64,000 nt of DNA from Octopus vulgaris (taxonomy: Eukaryota). The notes under the pieces are model-generated. The model saw nothing but the letters and a program-made list of their open reading frames with translations, had not been told where the DNA came from and made no database searches. The stretch lies in assembly GCA_951406725.2 (NCBI GenBank), contig OX597819.1, positions 133,486,001-133,550,000 of the forward strand, given 5' to 3'. This document shows positions 27,880 to 41,262 of the stretch, piece by piece (position 1 is the stretch's first letter; every line of letters starts with the position of its first letter). Both the position numbers and the translations under genes were made by a program.

Positions 27880-28385
27880 TTAGGGCGCCGAGTATGAAAT
27901 TTGTAGAAAAACAATGTTTGCTGTTTTATAAATACAAGAAATAGTTTATTCACCAAGGAATGCACCCGTATTGTCAATACAGTTTTGCCATTTTAGCGGT
28001 AGCTTGTCAAGTTCAGAACTGTAAAAGCCTGGCAATCTAGAGTCAATAAAATCTTGGAATGCCTGTTCTACAGTATAATTGGAATTAAATATTTTTCCTA
28101 TGAAAAATTATCCAAATTCTGGAAGAAGTGGTAGTCAGTGGGGGCAAGATCAGGTGAGTATGGTGAATGATGGAGAACTTCCAACTCCAACTCCTGTAGT
28201 TTCGCTAACATCATTTTTGCGATGCGTGGTCTAGTGTTGCCTTGCAATGAAATAGGAGTGGATCTGTGGACTAATCTAGGTTATTCTTTTTGGAAGTTTC
28301 TGCAACCTTTGGTCCAGTTGGATGCAGTATACTTCGGCCGTGATTAATGAGCCAGATTTAATGAAATCATAATGGAACAACTTCA
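27880..28385 (-). mobile_element. Mariner (DD34D, cecropia/Hsmar1-like) 3' remnant
   Basis: ITAEVYCIQLD / LQGNTRP...KLQELELEVLHHSPYSPDLAPTDYHFFQNLDN / FIDSR..FYSSELDKLPLKWQNCIDNTGAF, with a probable TIR TTAGGGCGCCGAGTATGAAAT at 27880. Confidence 0.85.
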
Positions 28386-28894
28386 CATGTTTCGGAAAAG
28401 CTAATATATGTATTAACTTGCTCATGGTGTCTCGAGCAATACATAGGCCAAACCAAAAGCAGTCGACGTCAAAGGATGGCTCTACATAGATCACAGATCA
28501 AAATTCGAGAATACAGAAAAATAGCATTCACCGAACACATCTACATTTGTGTCACTAACGAAAAACGAAGCCTCAGAATTTTCCCCTCTATAAATTCAGG
28601 GACTATGCAACTTATAACCTACGCAGTAGCAAAGACTAACATTTCATCACAAAATATAAACCCCTTTTGAATGCGTCGACCATGAATGATACTACTACAA
28701 GGGCCGTAGTATAATACCCATGCTAATACTAAAAACGATTTACTCAGAACAGTCATTACCCATGAATTTATTCAGAACAATTCCAATCACTACTATTACA
28801 ACCACAACTGGTTACTTTTAGGTCACATGACCATTTAAGAGGATTCCACTACCATCCTATTAGTCATACCACTCATGTATTTTTTAATCCGTTC

Positions 28895-28934
28895 TCTTCT
28901 TCTTCTTCTTCTTCTTCTTCTTATTATTATTATT

Positions 28935-29002
<68 letters not shown>
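28895..29002. repeat. Compound microsatellite (TTC)n(TTA)n(TTG)n(TTA)n
   Basis: Direct repeats. Confidence 0.95.
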
Positions 29003-29004
<2 letters not shown>

Positions 29005-29313
29005 GCCACCTTCTACTTCCTTCGCAAGAACTCACATCCTTCAGATCCTTTTAGGACTGCTACTACTTACTACATACTACCAAGCCTGCACAAGAGTAAA
29101 AAAAAAAAAAGACACACAGACAGAAAAAACGAAAATGTTCCTTGTATTTGAAAACTATAGAAATATTTATTAAAAACATTTTATTTAGTTTTTCCGCAAT
29201 TTAATTGCTTTTCATGATTTACTCTAAGCTGAAAAAGTCGCACAAACTGAAACCGGTACTAAAATGTTCTTCAAGCTAAAATTATTTGAGTATTTCCTAC
29301 CTTGTCATATTTT

Positions 29314-29407
<94 letters not shown>

Positions 29408-29848
29408 CACGCAAATCCCCTGTCTCTGCACTGTGTGTCTTTGTGTGTGTATGTGTGTATGTGTGTGCGTGTGTGTGCGGTTGTGTGTGTATACATGTGC
29501 ATGCTTGTATATAGGTACATGAACGAGTGTGCAGGCCTACCTATATACGTATATCTTTGTTCATTCTAACCTAAGCGCATATGAATATATGCATACTTTG
29601 ATTTTTTACCTTGGGGTAGAAGTTTCAATAGCCATTAACGTAAACCTTTCCGCTCATAACGCATTTATGTTCTAAAAAGTAACTTTCTCAAATAATGTGC
29701 ACTTCATATTGAATGCTCTGATGAAGCTATATGATGTTATCCTGGTACTCAACCAACAGTCCACCACATTTGATAGCAAAAACAGCCGTAAGATGATGAA
29801 GTTCATTACATAACATTTGTATTTTTTCCGGTGTCATCCCTTTGTTAT

Positions 29849-30192
29849 AAAGGGTAAAAACACCCTTCGGTCATGAATGACCATGGGATTGCACCTAGAA
29901 AGTTACCCTCCTAGACACAAGTCTGGGCAAGGTTGTTTATGGAAGACCAGCAGTTGCCCATGCATACCAGCCTCCCCTCTCCACGCCACCAGTGTTATCC
30001 AAGGGAAAGACAAAGGTCGATACAGCTTGGCACCTGTGACTTCGCAACTCATTTCTACAGTTGAGTGAACTGGAGCAACGTGAAATAAAGTGCCTTGCTC
30101 AAGAACACAACACGCAGCCCGGTCCGGGATTCGAGCTCACAACCTCACGATCGTAAGCTCGACGCTCTAACCACTGAGCCATGCGCCTTCAC
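29849..30192 (-). mobile_element. tRNA-derived SINE family 3 (CORE/Meta-like central domain)
   Basis: Head GGCGCATGGCTCAGTGGTTAGAGCG...GCTCGAATCCC; central TGTGTTCTTGAGCAAGGCACTTTATTTCAC...CTGTAGAAATGAG. Confidence 0.8.
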
Positions 30193-30196
30193 TTTG

Positions 30197-30276
<80 letters not shown>

Positions 30277-30374
30277 GTGGTGTGTATGTATGTGTGAGCG
30301 CGTGTGGTGTGTGTGTGTGTGTAAATATTAATATTTCTAAGTCTCTCTAAAGGAGACTACGGCAGCTGTACTGG

Positions 30375-30716
<342 letters not shown>

Positions 30717-30782
30717 AGAGAGAGAGAGAGAGAGAGTAGAGTCCACAGTGACCCATAGGTAGGAGAGGTACAGCCGCAGGGT

Positions 30783-30941
30783 GTTTCTCTCCTTGTTATT
30801 TTTTCTGTGTCCCTTTCTGTAGAAGAGCGTAGCTTCGAAACGTAAAAGACTTTTTCAATTCCTGAGCGTTATATTAATACATCTGTTTGTTTTCTACACC
30901 ACCTGGCTTCGTCTTTTGTTTTCTTCGCAAACTCTCCGCCT

Positions 30942-30943
<2 letters not shown>
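30783..30943 (+). mobile_element. PLE-like terminal repeat with a variant hammerhead motif at 30813-30848
   Basis: Homologous to ~59912-60066; contains CTTT-CTGTAGA-A-GAGCGTAGCTTC-GAAAC-GTA-AAAG; ends at (TA)n. Confidence 0.65.
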
Positions 30944-31000
<57 letters not shown>

Positions 31001-31028
31001 TCAAAATAAGCAACAAGAATGACTCCGG

Positions 31029-31121
31029 TAATTTGGTACGATCGTTTCGTACTACATCATTTTATTAAATGTTGTAAGTATTACAACAGTTTTAAAATGC
31101 TGAGCACTCATCAGCCAATTA
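31029..31121 (-). ncRNA. Type I hammerhead ribozyme with extended stem II
   Basis: UAAUUGG-CUGAUGA-GUGCU...(CAUUUUA/UAAAAUG, UGUUGUAA/UUACAACA)...AGUAC-GAAAC-GAUC-GUA-CCAAAUUA, with palindromic stem III ACGAUCGU. Confidence 0.85.
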
Positions 31122-31954
31122 TAGAGGTTATCCATTAATACAAACATTTTCATATCAAGTGGCAACATTATAGAGAAGGTAGATATATAGATAAAGATGT
31201 GGATTTAAATTTAAAGAACGTTTGAGGTAATGGAGCCCATCAACTGACTGACTAAGATTCAGTTGTTTCAGACTACTGTAAGGTTCTGAGAGGGAAGAAC
31301 AAATGAAAGGAGACAATAGAGATTTTCTATTTATAGAAATGGGGTAAAGGGGATGTCAGAGCTCCATATAAAGGAATTTATGTAGAAAACAGGATTGTCA
31401 CAACTAAATGCCGATTACTACTATTTGATGAACAGATTTGGCATTAGGAGAACTAGGTCAACGTCAAGTGGTCACAATAACATTCACAGAGAATGCGGAG
31501 ACCTTACAAACCCTATGCACATCATCACAACAGATGGTCTATAAGTTCCGAGTACTTTGACACGTTAGAATAAATGAAAAAATTATTTAGGAGATTTATG
31601 TTATCAATATCCAGCCTTAGATAACGCAACATTATAAATGGGTAATGTAACTTTGAATTTAAGCCTAAGGTAACGTCTAGGAAATTAACTATCTTGGTGT
31701 TAGGTTCATACGTAATGCCTAGGTTAAAATCTTTGAAAAATTTACTAATTATCTTTTTTTCCCTCTATACTGGAAAAAAACTTCCCAGCCGCCCATAAAT
31801 ATTATAAAATAATTTCTAAGAAATCAGTGAGAATTTCATATTCCACTCTCCCAAATATGGCTACCATAATAGCTAGACTTAATAGTAAAAAACATTAAGT
31901 TAGCCAGGAGTAGAATGAATAGTAACAACAATGATAGTAATAATAATTGCAAAA

Positions 31955-32640
<686 letters not shown>

Positions 32641-33011
32641 TTGATGTAAATAGTGATAATAGCAATATTAATAATATAGGTAGTATAGATAAAAGTAAGG
32701 TAGGTGATGATAATGAGGATGGATTAATAACTAGTAACCCTAGTTTGCATAACAACGTAATTACTAATAGTGAAAATAATACTAATATTAACAATAATTT
32801 TAATAACAGTAATGAAAGTGAACTGTCCTTAAATAATTCTAGTACCGGACACTATTCCCCCAGTTGTAATTGTAGGATTAGTTCAAAATGTCCGGTATCT
32901 GGCCGTTGTTCGGTCCAAAACGTGATTTATAAATGCACGATAATAACTTTCTACCTTCTCTATAATGTTGCCACTTGATATGAAAATTTTTGTATTAATG
33001 GAAAACCTCTA

Positions 33012-33104
33012 TAATTCGCTGATGAGTGCTCAGCATTTTAAAACTGTTGTGATACTTACAACATTTAATAAAATGATGTACTACGAAACGATCGTACCAA
33101 ATTA
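33012..33104 (+). ncRNA. Type I hammerhead ribozyme with extended stem II (second, inverted copy)
   Basis: CTGATGA at 33019-33025 and GAAAC GATC GTA at 33085-33096. It has two C-C mismatches (stem I and stem II) relative to the 31029-31121 copy. Confidence 0.75.
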
Positions 33105-33233
33105 CCGGAGTCATTCTTGTTGGTTATTTTGATTATAATCACCCCACGGATTTATATGGATAACACCAGACAGAATTCTGGTGCATCTAAATTAAGTACC
33201 ATATTCATTTGAATCTAGTTTTTTGGTGAACTT

Positions 33234-33298
<65 letters not shown>

Positions 33299-33301
<3 letters not shown>

Positions 33302-35510
33302 AGACCGCGTGGCAGCACTTTAAAAACATTGTCATCTATACATGCTATAAACACGCTCTCAAGAGAACCAATAACACAAACAGAAACCGGCTCCCTAAAA
33401 AGAAAAAAAACACTCATCAGGCGCATCAAAAGACTCAACAAGAAAAATCAACCAATTAAAATATTCCCACACACAACATCCACATTCAACAACAATGAAA
33501 AGACTAGAGATGGAAAAACTTCATCTGCAGACCAACATGAAAACCTCCATTGAAAATCAAAGAGCTATGGAGGAACAATGGGTAATCAAAAACATCAAAC
33601 AGAACCCAAAAGTGTTCTATTCTTATGCAAATAAGCATAGAACCACTGTCTCACCCATTGGGCCATTGATTGATGCTAACGGCATTCCCCAACACGATGC
33701 TAAAGAAATGGCAGAAATACTGCAGAAACAATACTGCTCTGTCTTTAGTGTTCCCACTGATATTATCGTAAGGGAAACGAACGAAGTTGACTCCCAACAC
33801 AAAATCTCAGACATAACCTTCACTGCCACCGACATCGTAGCAGCAATAAATGAGGTCAAATATTACTCTGCTGTAGGCCCTGATAGATTTCCCGCTAGTC
33901 TCCTGAAGGAATGTAGATACCAACTTGCAGTCCCCCTGACCAACCTCTGGAGAAATTCGTTAGACGCAGGTTATATACCGAAACAGTTTCTATCCCAGTC
34001 GGTCATCCCGGTTTTCAAACAGGGAAACAGATCCCTCGCAGTCAACTATCGCCCAATCTCACTCACCTCCCACATCATTAAAGTGTTTGAAAGAGTGTTA
34101 AGATCAAGGATAGCTGACTTCCTGGAGACCCCCAAACTCCTAAATGCAAATCAGCATGGCTTTCGCTGTGGCAAGGGCTGTCTAATACAGCTCTTACACC
34201 ACATTGAAGATGTACTCAAAGCCTTGGGAACAGGTTCGAACTCTGACGTCATATATCGTGACTTCAGTAAAGCGTTCGACAGGGTAGACCATAACATCCT
34301 ACTCTCAAAATTGGCAAATGTTGGAATCCGTGGAAAAGTTCTACACTGGATTAAGTATTTCCAGGCGAATAGAACACAACATGTTGTAGTTGATGGAGTC
34401 CACTCAAACCCAGCAAAAGTCACCAGCGGTGTTCCCCAGGGAACTGTTTTGGGTCCGCTACTCTTCATAATTTACGTAAACGACCTTTACAGTGTCGTAC
34501 ATTACTGCAAAGTGACAATATTTGCTGATGACACTAAGCTCCAACAAATCGTCAATGAAGAAGCAGACCGAACTCAACTCCAGTCTGATCTATATGCTGT
34601 GAGTCAATGGGCAGACAGAAACAAAATGCAACTGAATGAGGGAAAATTTGAGCTGATGCATTTTGGAAGAAATTCCTCACTAAAACAACCATAATCTCTT
34701 CCTTCAGGGGAACCGCTCACAGCCTCTAACAATATCAGAGACCTGGGTGTAATTGTTGATGACGATCTCAGTTGGAGTGCACACATCAACAAGAAGGTCG
34801 ATATAGCTCGTAGGATGAGTTCCTGGATCTTAAGAACTTTCCGGTCCAGAGAACAAGGTGTCATCATATCACTTTTTTCCTCCTTTGTACGGCCACACCT
34901 TGAATACTGCTGCCCACTGTGGTCTCCTCACACAAGACAAAACATCTCCAGAATTGAGTCACCCCAGAGGGCACCCACTAAACAAATTGAAGGCATGGCT
35001 GCTCTCGATTATTGGGATCGCCTTAAAGCCTTGAAACTTTACTCCCTCCAGCGTCGCCGTGAGCGGTACATCATTTGTACGATGTGGAAAATGTACCGCC
35101 AACTTTGCCCAAACGACCTAAACATTAGCTTCAAGGTTCATCCAAGACTTGAACCACGGGCTATACGCCCCCTGCCCAATTCAAGATCACAACATACATG
35201 TACACTGCAACATAATTTCTTTTCCTCAATAGGCCCTGCCCTATTTAACATTGTCCCGAGGGTGATCAAAGAGGAAAAGGATCCCATCAACTTTAAACAG
35301 AGTCTGGATAGATTCCTTCAAAGAATACCAGATAAGCCACCCATAATTGGATACAACTCACCCAACAAGAACTCACTACTTGAACAAAACTTGACTTAAA
35401 CAAAACTTGACTTAAACAGGATTCGAATAATCCTATCAGGTGGTGCTATTAAGTTAGACATGGCCTGGACCAATCTTTGGTCGAAACATATCTAAGTTTA
35501 TCAAAGTTTA
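33299..35510 (+). mobile_element. 5'-truncated CR1-group LINE (RT, C-terminus, 3' UTR and tail)
   Basis: RT motifs YRPISLTSH, QHGFR, DFSKAFD, GVPQGTVLGPLLF and FADD; one in-frame TAA at 34692-34694; tail TATCTAAGTTTATCAAAGTT; (TA)n on both sides. Confidence 0.95.
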
Positions 35511-37864
35511 TATATATATAATCCCAGATTAATCATGATTCCAATATTGTCAATCATGAGAAGCTGTAATATGAATGTTTTCGTGTAAATGTAGTTGATT
35601 TAGCAAGCGCTTAGAAACACCCGCGAAAACTCGCGCAAATGGCAGTGGTAATGTTTTTATTTTTTTTCGGAATTGTAGTCTGTTTATAAAAGAATTCATA
35701 TTCCGCTATTTTGAATATAGATTGATTTGATAGGATACAGCCTCTGATTTGAGACTGGTTTACATTACAATCGAATGCTGTTGGCATTGAACCTGTTTTA
35801 ATCTTTATTTAAGCTATGAAATTTTCCTCTGATTCATCTCACCTTGGTCACAGAATTCGGCCAAGTTTACTTATCATTGCTATTTCATTTCTCAACTCTA
35901 TGAAATGATACTATTTCAGATCTCTAAAGTGAACGTATTTCAGCGGGAGGAAATATATTCCTAAGAAGCAGTAAAAAGTAGAAGTGAAATACACAAATTC
36001 TTTTAAAAGAAAGAGTTTTATTATCATACAATATTCTTTATTAGCTTCTTGCAAAGACAAGACAGCGTTGTTCCGGCAAGTTAATATTTCCATTATTTAA
36101 CTAATAATCTGCAGTGTATGCTGAAAAATAAAGACGCTGTCTATCTGTATTTTTTCTTAAAGAATTCTATTTCGTCTTTTCTTTACTACATCTGTGGGAA
36201 TTATATTTATAACTGAATCTATATTTGGATCAATATTATGTTCCGTTCATTGTACATTATTCATAATCAATGTTATTTGTAGTCGCGATGTAGACAGTTA
36301 AAGTTACGTAGAATATTTAATAATGAAGCTTTGGAATTAATAAGAGATTTGAAATTCGAGATTCGGTGGATATCTTCGGTTTTTACTTTTGTGTAAGAGT
36401 CAATCTGTCTCTGTCTCTAACACATTGTTATTCGATTGTAGATTGCGAAGCAGACGATTATTTCATCAAGATGGCGGTGTATGCATCATACGCGAAAACC
36501 CTAATTTTAAATCGAAGCTCACATTTCATTTCTGTTAGTATAGTAATACATTTTATTGACACTTCGTATTTTATGCAATTTAAAGTTCCAGTTTTTGTAT
36601 CGTATTACTTTCTAGAAATAAAACTAATATCTATAATAAGAAAAGCGAAATTCTGTCTGTCAGGCTGGAAACCTTGCGTCTCAATCTACATTTGCTCTAC
36701 ATTGACATATTATACATTTTTGGAATCAGGATGTTCCTGGGTTTGTAATTCTACCCATAATTTGGTTCTTGAACATCCAGCATTAGGACCTAGTTTAAAA
36801 GTATTTGTGTTGCTACTTCTAGCCGGAAAAAGTTGACTGAATCATGCCGTCCTGATTGGTGTTTGTCAGATGACATCAGAAATGAAAGGGAGCATAACTG
36901 ATGTTCGCTTCGTTAATTTTAAGCTGAGATAAGAACTTTGGGACAAATTGGCCAACATTTGGAATTGAACTTGCGATTGGAACAATTGAATGATTACTTT
37001 ACAGAATTACTTCTCATCTGTCCTTAATCTCTGATAAAACACCACCGGGGCAAATAGTCATTATAGACGCATTATAGTCATGCTATTTAGCTGTCTTTAA
37101 TTTTGGGCTGCAGAACCAGTTAGCTCTCCGCAGGATCTAGCTTAAACGTCCGCACAGACTGCGGATTTTGTGTTAAAATATGGGAGTAATTAGTGATACA
37201 GAAAAGGAGAGATAAAATAACGTGTAACTAAAACAACAAATAGTACTGAGATCATTTAAAGTATCGATGTTGAGGATGGATTGTAGATTATCGACCACAG
37301 CCACTAAAATGCAAAATAACATGCTAATCAGAAGAACATGATGAAGAGCGACCCATTGCAAATGATAAAACAGGAGAAATGGAATGTGTTTAATAAATAA
37401 TAAATATTAAAAAAATATAATAATTGACACTTCAAAGGAATGAAGCATTTGCAGACGCTTTCCTTATGGTTTATATAATTACTCGTGTTTCATAAGTAGT
37501 CTTTCTGTGTATGGTGTGCTATCGTCTCCTGAAATGATGCAACTACATTATGTAGCAATGAACTGTATAAAATAATTAATATGATTCTGATGTAGATGTG
37601 ATTTTGTACCAGACAGTAAAATAAAACTGTCAATTATTTCGAAACAAACCATAACAATGATCGATTTTTAAAAATAAAATTAAAGAAAAGATGATCCAGT
37701 GCGATTTATGAAGATAAAGATAACGGGCAGGGATAATATTTCTATAGTATGCTAGGTGAAGTCCTAATAAATTATGTACTGAATTATTTTTGATATTAAT
37801 AAAATAGTTATCTGGTACTGAGTCTAATATCAACCGTCTTATTATCATTAATATAATGATAACA

Positions 37865-38078
37865 AGGCGGCAAAAAGACAGAATCGTTGGCATGCCGGAT
37901 AGAATGCTTACCAGTTTTTCTTCCGTCCTTCTGTGTTCAAATGCTGCCGATGTCGATTTTGCCTTTCATCTTTCCGAGGTCAATAAAATAAGTACCAATC
38001 GAGTACTGGGGTCGATATAATCGACTTGTCTCCTCCCCCAAAACTGCTGGCTTTGTGCCAAAATTTGAATCCAATATT
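37865..38078 (+). mobile_element. tRNA-derived SINE family 2 (diverged)
   Basis: Aligns with 54153-54320 (CAGAATCGTT...GTTCAAAT...GCCTTTCATC...AAGTACCA). Confidence 0.75.
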
Positions 38079-40384
38079 ATTAATAACTGCAATATTACTA
38101 TCACGATCCTTTGTTATTTTTTGTTTATTTTATCGTTAATATCTTTATCAATAATTAGTTGCCGTCATAAATACCATCATTGGTATCAGCGTGATCATCA
38201 TCACCATCACCAACACCGTTACTATAATTATCATTTAACCAAGGCATCAAGTCTGAAAATGTAAAAGTACAAACGCTAACCACATATTTGACCCATTTTC
38301 ATTGTCTTGTAGGCTTCTGATTCTTACCAGATTCATACAAAATTATGTAAATAAATATCAAGAGCAGACTAATGCTTTAAGAAACAATGTGATTTTAAAG
38401 ATTCTTATTAATAATTTAATAATTACTTAAGCAGTCCCGCTTATTCTTCTACGTTTATGCCGTGATGGAAACTAATTTACACGACATAGCTGGCGAAATA
38501 TAGCATTAAAAAAAATGTCTTGAAATGCGAAACATAAAATGAACTTCTCCGTTTCCTGAATATTTTAAAACAACTGATACAAATCAAGTTCTTTCTCGTC
38601 ATCAGAACAACAGTTCTGGACGAATTTAGTTGGCTTTGAAATCAGAAACTTAAGATAGAAAACACTAAGGTCAGTTGTTACTACATCAGATTTAATTCAT
38701 ATCTCATTAAGTTTGGTGAGTGTTGTGTAAACCAATCAAGCAGCCACCTGCTGGTTTCAATTCGTTGTTTTACTTAAGAATTTGGAGAAATGAAGCAACT
38801 TCTAATTTCCACTTCTCTCTTTTATGGCCTTGAACACAATAGAAAGAAGCTGAATTTATTCTACTGAATAGAAAGAAATTGTAACAATAAAAATAAAACA
38901 GTTCTATTCTGAAGAGATACTTCTCGTCTAGTTAGTGCAAAAATAATTTGTTTTTCGATGTTACTTTTATATTCCTCAATATTTACTTAATACTTTATCC
39001 ATAATTATTTGATATCAAATTGGAAAAAGATTAATATCCAAATTTCTAGCTAAAATTGAAAATAAACAGATCTTCGTTTTTTCACAAAATTTCATATAAC
39101 TTTCGTCTGTCTTTTTTCTTATTGATTTTGGTGAATTTTGTCAACATTTCAAGTATTTTAATAACGGCTTCAAATATTAAGTTATTTCAGTATGTTCTAC
39201 ATATTCATATTTGTGGTTTATGTATTTATTTGACCACAGGTCATTTGTTATATATTTTTAGATAGATATAGTGAACATCTTTCAAAATATATGGTACACC
39301 CATCTTCTTGATTTGGTTTTGTTTCTTTATTTCACTTATTACATACATTACAACAGAAATATCCAAAAGTATTCATATTCCACTTTTGCATTCCTTTCCC
39401 CTCCATATTTCTGGGGTCCATGGACTTTATCACAAAGAATTTTCTGATGTTTGTTATGGATGATGTGTTTCGGATCAGTCGGAACTTCCTTAACATGTGC
39501 GCTTACATTAATGTGGGGCGTGGACTGAAAATGGGATCAGAATATTCCAGTTTGAAGTTGTAAAATCAAGCGATGAGAGAAAAATCTCAACTCGATTGGA
39601 AAATCTTTTTCACTTTGAGCAATTGTTTAATCATAAGTTTTCAACTGTAATATAGAAACGGAGAAATGAAATATTTCCCACCAAAGAATTGGTTTGTTTC
39701 GTGACAAATGTTCATTGCGTTTCGTTAATAACTTGAGCATATAATATCATTTGGCATTTATTTGTAAAAATTACATTTCAAATCTGTTTGAAAAATATTC
39801 GTTACATTTTATTTTTCATCCATTGCAATGGTAATTATTCCTAAACAATGTTCAAATTCTATTACCTGCTATTAAAGGTGTCTAAGAATAATCATCTACA
39901 TCTAGATTTCAATCAATTAAATGCCATTTATGAGAAAGAGAAAGAAGAGTCTCTAATATTTAATACTTTGTATAAGATTATCAAGGCGGGATAAGGCCGT
40001 GATAAACCTGATACTTATGTGCACATTAATTCTAAAGAACACCAATATGTTAAGTTTACAATAGTTTACAAAGTCGGAGTGTATTCAGGAAACCCAATGG
40101 AATAATATAGTCAAAGATATTTCTTTTAATAGTTCTTACATAAACTTCAAAATATATGATAGGGAAGGTGATAACCGAAGGTTGTCGCATAAAGTATTTC
40201 CGATATTGCATCTCACACAAACCATCATCTAATATAAACCTTTGTATATTATTGCCCCTTCGTTTGCTTCGAGACTACAATAATTTGATACCAGTGATTT
40301 TCTGGATTTTCAAGGTGTTTAGGAACAGTATACGACACTGACTTCCCTTCAAAAGGCTTCTGTTCGGTCGCAAGTATCATATAT

Positions 40385-40510
40385 ATTTTGGGTGAGTGTA
40401 CGGGAGCAGAGTGAAGTGAAGGGCATTACTCAGGGAAATAACACAGCGGCCGGTCAGACACACGAACTAATAACCTAAGGATCGCGAGCGCATAAACCTC
40501 CACGGCACTC
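40385..40510 (-). mobile_element. Degenerate SINE family 3-like fragment
   Basis: Weak similarity to ~30060-30180. Confidence 0.4.
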
Positions 40511-40692
40511 CATGGTACTCCATATTAAAATATACTGTCAGTAATCACCATCACATACAATGGAGCCTCTGTTTTATATTCGGAACTCAGAACAAACGAA
40601 TAAGAAGAAAACTGCTTCATTGATTTGAATCGGAGGTTTCGCTTATGTATCAACATTTATTTAGAATATGTCTTGGTGACAAATAAATATTC

Positions 40693-40753
<61 letters not shown>

Positions 40754-41022
40754 TAATCCTCTTACGTTTGATGTCTCTTGCTATTGAGGTCTCCGTATAT
40801 ATTTATGAAAACCATTTCTCAATGCAGCTCTCGTGGATTGCCATTGTAATGATATTACTGCGTTGCCAGATCTTAGATTATTTCCTGTTGATTCAATGAA
40901 GCGCTTCAGGGTACAAAAGGCAAATAATTCCACTACCGATATTTCATATTAAAAAAAAAACTGTAAAAACATGTTTTCTCACTCACAACCTGAGATTTCT
41001 TTTGTAGTAAGATTTATAATAC

Positions 41023-41262
<240 letters not shown>

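Noticed and set aside
30115-30192. tRNA gene (also the heads at 23319, 51968 and 54153)
   Set aside because: A and B boxes are present, but there is no proper acceptor stem and each runs into a repeated SINE body.
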